From NCBI GenBank assembly GCA_029858565.1, contig JAOUEV010000017.1:1-55543 (forward strand): a DNA stretch of 55,543 bases, read 5' to 3'. The stretch comes from Nitrospirota bacterium (GTDB lineage Bacteria > Nitrospirota > UBA9217). The notes under the pieces are model-generated. The model saw only the letters and a program-made list of their open reading frames with translations. It was not told the origin of the DNA and searched no databases. A program made the translations under genes and the position numbers. This document shows, in pieces, positions 52,328 through 55,543 of the stretch; the stretch's first letter is position 1; every line of letters begins with the position of its first letter.

Positions 52328-52356
52328 AGAATAGCACAGAATTCTTGAAGTGTCAA
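52328..52356 (-). promoter_or_regulatory. Sigma70 promoter of the defence operon (probably leaderless)
   Basis: TTGACA-17-TATTCT with TG extension; ATG 7 nt downstream, no SD. Confidence 0.72.
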
Positions 52357-52439
52357 GAAAAATTATGCACGCAGACGGTATCGCTGGGACATTCAGGAGG
52401 GAATAATACAGAGGGTCTTGGGCTCACCCAGTTACTTAT

Positions 52440-52612
52440 TGTGCTAAAATTGTGCTAAAACGTATCCGAACAGGCATAATCATCGTAATAGCCGTAATCA
52501 CCGTAAGGTCACAAACTCCTTGATTCACTGGCAAAAACGGGAAACCAGGTGATAACTCAAGGATTGTGATTTTCAGCCCTGCCCTACTGGCCGTCTTGGG
52601 GTCAGGGGTTCG
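52440..52612 (+). repeat. attR-like end, copy 1 (arm-type sites plus tRNA 3' half)
   Basis: ~173 bp repeated at 54200-54372; opens with TGTGCTAAAA-T-TGTGCTAAAA. Confidence 0.88.
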
Positions 52613-52814
52613 ATACCCCTCAGCTCCACCAAAAACAACAAATGGGTTGGCGTAAGCCAGCCCGTTTTTGTTTTTGATCAAGTGGGGATCGAACGAGAGG
52701 GTCTGCGATTAGGGGACGTTGATACGTGAGCTGCATTTATCTCTAAGAACCAACTTCTTCGAGCCTAACCCGGGAATCGCGAGCAGGCCAGACTTCAGAA
52801 TTAATATTCTCTTC

Positions 52815-52925
52815 CGAATATTAGACAGTGAGATGAAAGAGGAGCTTGCGCGGATGGAGAAGGATTTGCAGCTTGGCGGTGGACCCTACTATCACTCACG
52901 AGATGAGCTGCATGAGCGTAACTGA
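52815..52925 (+). pseudogene. Possible antitoxin C-terminal remnant
   Basis: ...EELARMEKDLQLGGGPYYHSRDELHERN; the RDELHER ending is typical of small antitoxins; no toxin follows. Confidence 0.35.
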
Positions 52926-52949
52926 TAAAAGCATCGTCACATCCATCTT

Positions 52950-54122
52950 CTAAACGAGCGCGGAAAGAAACTTCCCCGCGGAAACGATCCTTGCCCCTTT
53001 TTCAATCTTATCCACTCCGCTCTTCTTCACCACCTGATAGACGAACGGGATCGAGAGCCTCTCTTTGAAATAGGGGATATGCGGGGATAGTGTTGCATCG
53101 TTGAGTTTTACTTCGACCGCGAACCAGGGCCTGCCGCCTATGGTCACAAGAAAATCGACTTCACGCTTATCAACATCCCGCAGATAATAGAGCTCCGCCT
53201 TGTGTCCTTCGTAATCAACAAGAAAGTGAACGTATTTCAAAAGATGGGAAGCTATAAGGTTCTCGAAGCGCGCGGCCTCGTCCTCCACTTCCGACCAGTC
53301 CCATAAATAGAGTTTGGGCTCCTTTTTCAGCGAACGGATCTTTTTCGCGGTAAACGGATATATTCGGAAGTGATAGTAAAAGGTCTCCAGAATGTCCATC
53401 CAGTGCGACACCGCGCGGAAGCTGACCTCGAGGTCTTCCCGCATGGCGTTGACCGACAGCAGCGAACCGACTTTCGACGGCAGAATATCGCTCAGGAGCT
53501 TCATGTTGCCGATGTCCCTTATGGCCTCAATGTCCTGAATATCCTCGCGGAACATTCTCTCCGTTTTTTCGTTATGCCATCGCCGAAGCAGCCGCGTATT
53601 CTGCTTCAGGAATGGTTCGGGAAACCCCCCGAAAGCATCAAGCGTGTCCAGTGCGCTCTGATGGCTGCCCTTCCCGATCGGCAATTCCTTCTGCAATGAC
53701 GACACATAGGCAATCCGCTCAACCTCCGCCAGCGTGAAGGGATGGAGACGGTAATAATGATACCTGCCTTGCAGCGAATCGCCCCCGCGCCGATAGAGAT
53801 CGAGCCGGGCGCTGCCGGTCACCAGGAATTTATAGGTTTCCTTCAGTTTGTCGTATTCGCCTTTGACAAGACCCTTCCACTTCCGGTATTTGTGTATCTC
53901 GTCGAGGATAAGAAGCTCCGTATCCCCCGGCCATGAAGAAGCGGTAATGGCCTTCCGGTCCGTCCGGTTGTCCCAGTTGAAATAGGCGTGATTGCTGAAA
54001 TGCGTCGCCACGAAGTTTCGGCAGAGGGTCGTCTTTCCGACCTGGCGCGGGCCGCCGACAAATACCATCTTTTCCCGCAAGTCTTCCACAATGAACGGCG
54101 TCAAATACCGGTCTTTTTGCAT
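52950..54122 (-). CDS. AAA_14 + DUF4143 ATPase
   Basis: GPRQVGKTT, LDEIHK, VTGSAR, DSLQGR, GGFPEP, KEPKLYLWD, REVDF..EVK. Confidence 0.92.
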   Translation of the reverse strand: MQKDRYLTPFIVEDLREKMVFVGGPRQVGKTTLCRNFVATHFSNHAYFNWDNRTDRKAITASSWPGDTELLILDEIHKYRKWKGLVKGEYDKLKETYKFLVTGSARLDLYRRGGDSLQGRYHYYRLHPFTLAEVERIAYVSSLQKELPIGKGSHQSALDTLDAFGGFPEPFLKQNTRLLRRWHNEKTERMFREDIQDIEAIRDIGNMKLLSDILPSKVGSLLSVNAMREDLEVSFRAVSHWMDILETFYYHFRIYPFTAKKIRSLKKEPKLYLWDWSEVEDEAARFENLIASHLLKYVHFLVDYEGHKAELYYLRDVDKREVDFLVTIGGRPWFAVEVKLNDATLSPHIPYFKERLSIPFVYQVVKKSGVDKIEKGARIVSAGKFLSALV

Positions 54123-54199
54123 GTCAGTACTATACATTATTTTTTTGCCTGAAAGCAAATATTTAAGCGTATATTTTTGCCTTCGGGTTATGAATCCAC

Positions 54200-54496
54200 T
54201 GTGCTAAAATTGTGCTAAAACCTGTCCAAACAGGCATAATCATCGTAATAGACGCAATCATCGTAATGTCACAAACCCCTTGATTCACCGGTAAAAACGG
54301 GAAACCAGGCGATAACTCAAGGATTGTGATTTTCAGCCCTGCCCTACTGGCAGTCTTGGGGTCAGGGGTTCGGCTTGCCGAACCAAGGGAGTTTGAGGGA
54401 AGGACTTCCCTCATGTTTTGGGGGAGTACACGAGGGGGCTGGCCCTTTCGTGAAGCGAGCATGCGAGCGCGCGAGATTCCCCCTTCAGCTCCACCA
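54200..54496 (+). repeat. attR-like end, copy 2; tRNA 3' half interrupted in the T-loop by a 103-nt insert
   Basis: Matches 52440-52612; tRNA sequence stops at GTTCG (54372) and resumes ATTCCCCCTTCAGCTCCACCA (54476-54496). Confidence 0.88.
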
Positions 54497-54501
54497 AAAA
54501 C

Positions 54502-54539
54502 AAAAAACAGGGCTGACCGAAAGGTCAGCACTGTTTTTT
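54502..54539 (+). terminator. Intrinsic terminator (probably the native tRNA trailer)
   Basis: AAAAAACAG-G-GCTGACC-GAAA-GGTCAGC-A-CTGTTTTTT. Confidence 0.8.
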
Positions 54540-54874
54540 CAAAAAGTTGTGATCGAACACATGGATTATGAGGAAAGGAATTTCCCATTGATGTGGAGCA
54601 GCTTGGGATAAGTTGGGCTTTTTCGTAATAAAAGCGTGAAATATTACTACTAGTTCCATAAGAATCGCAAAGGGGCAACGATTACCCCTGGTCCCTGCAT
54701 TACGCTACCCCTCTCACTATTGAACTGTTCAGTTTCATGATATCCCTGCTAGATCCGCTATGAATGTTCCTTTCCAACTACCATCCAGCGCAACAACTAC
54801 AACAGGAGTTGACATCCCGGGTCTTCGAGGTAATATAGTGGACTTCGGGAGCACTGCTGTATCAGGAGGAAATG

Positions 54875-55543
54875 ATGTCAGGCGGAGCATCAGAAAAGGC
54901 ACTGCAGCATTTTCAGGACCATCGCAAGGACTATCTGAAGGACCTTAAGGACCTTGTGACCATACCGAGCATCAGTTTCCCGGGATTTGAGGCTGCGCCG
55001 CTCAGAACCTGCGCTGATGTCGTGGCCGGACTGATGCGCTCCCATGGTCTGCCGGATGTGCATATTCTTGAGACCGGTGCGGGATATCCCGCGGTATTCG
55101 GCCAATGGCTGGGCGCGCCAAACCAGCCTACCCTGCTGCTCTATGCCCATTACGATGTCCAGCCTGTCGGCACCTCCGGCAAATGGACCACCCCGCCTTT
55201 TGAACCTTCAGTACGGGAAGGCCGGTTGTTCGGCCGCGGGACATCCGATGACAAAGGCGGGGTGATGATGCACATCGCGGCGATCTCGTCCTGCCTGAAA
55301 AGCTCAGGATCCCTTCCCATCAATATCAAGGTCCTGATCGAGGGAGAGGAAGAGGTCGGGTCGGTGAATCTGGAGAAACTGCTGGCGACCCACCGGGAGC
55401 TGCTCGCCGCCGATGCCGTGGTGATCGCGGACAGCGAGAACTTCGACACCGGATATCCGTCCCTGACCGCGTCGCTCCGGGGCATCGTGACCGTAACCGT
55501 TGAAGTGCGGTCCCTTTCCTCGAGCGTCCATTCCGGCACCTGG
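54875..55543 (+). CDS. M20/M25/M40 family dipeptidase (5' part; runs off window end)
   Basis: Own translation behind AGGAGG: IPSIS, YAHYDVQP, PPFEP, GRGTSDDKG, EGEEEVGS, SLRG, HSG. Confidence 0.92.
   Translation, partial: MSGGASEKALQHFQDHRKDYLKDLKDLVTIPSISFPGFEAAPLRTCADVVAGLMRSHGLPDVHILETGAGYPAVFGQWLGAPNQPTLLLYAHYDVQPVGTSGKWTTPPFEPSVREGRLFGRGTSDDKGGVMMHIAAISSCLKSSGSLPINIKVLIEGEEEVGSVNLEKLLATHRELLAADAVVIADSENFDTGYPSLTASLRGIVTVTVEVRSLSSSVHSGTW

Larger units (their letters stand above)
34377..52705. mobile_element. tRNA-Ala-integrated defence island (~18.2 kb) without integrase
   Basis: 119-bp direct repeat 34377-34495 / 52587-52705 (3 mismatches) beginning at the anticodon loop; defence and toxin-antitoxin cargo. 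Confidence 0.85.

Noticed and set aside
36099-52356. Classical BREX type 1-6 or DISARM
   Set aside because: No PglX, BrxA, BrxL, PglW, DUF1998 or PLD gene recognised
52587-52631. Functional tRNA
   Set aside because: 3' half only, with substitutions in the anticodon loop and T-arm; it is an att repeat
34377-52705. Intact prophage
   Set aside because: Only a broken repressor; no structural, replication, lysis or integrase genes
54347-54496. Second tRNA-Ala gene with a group I intron
   Set aside because: The 5' half of the tRNA is absent, and the 103-nt insert is too short and lacks a recognisable group I core

Overview
Bacterial chromosomal window with high GC, probably from a Gram-negative Nitrospirota- or deltaproteobacteria-like organism (inference from gene content only). 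The first ~34 kb is mostly housekeeping: MATE, nfo, ligA, a sigma54 two-component pair, pilD, recG, rpmB, rfaE2, eno, PGM/PMM, hisS, an MlaEFD-like transporter preceded by a PP2C/anti-sigma kinase/STAS module, and a PadR-ABC-outer membrane operon. An AT-richer PaeR7I/XhoI-like type II restriction-modification pair is inserted just upstream of ligA. tRNA-Ala(GGC) at 34346-34421 is an integration hotspot: its 3' part recurs three more times (34586, 52587, 54347), delimiting an ~18.2 kb island and a 1.76 kb tandem mini-island, with no integrase in the window. The large island carries a BREX-related defence operon: DUF499 ATPase, PglZ-like protein, DUF1156 methylase, a small protein, SNF2 helicase and DUF3883 nuclease. 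The core of that operon is split by co-oriented cargo (PIN toxin-antitoxin pair, AbiJ/HEPN-like protein, integron-cassette-type protein, class III cyclase-like protein, ABC-ATPase/TOPRIM nuclease). The island also has a CI/LexA-like repressor interrupted by an 81-bp structured insert. A ~100-nt structured element with covarying hairpins sits at the T-loop of the tRNA copies. All family calls come from motifs read by eye; no database search was run.
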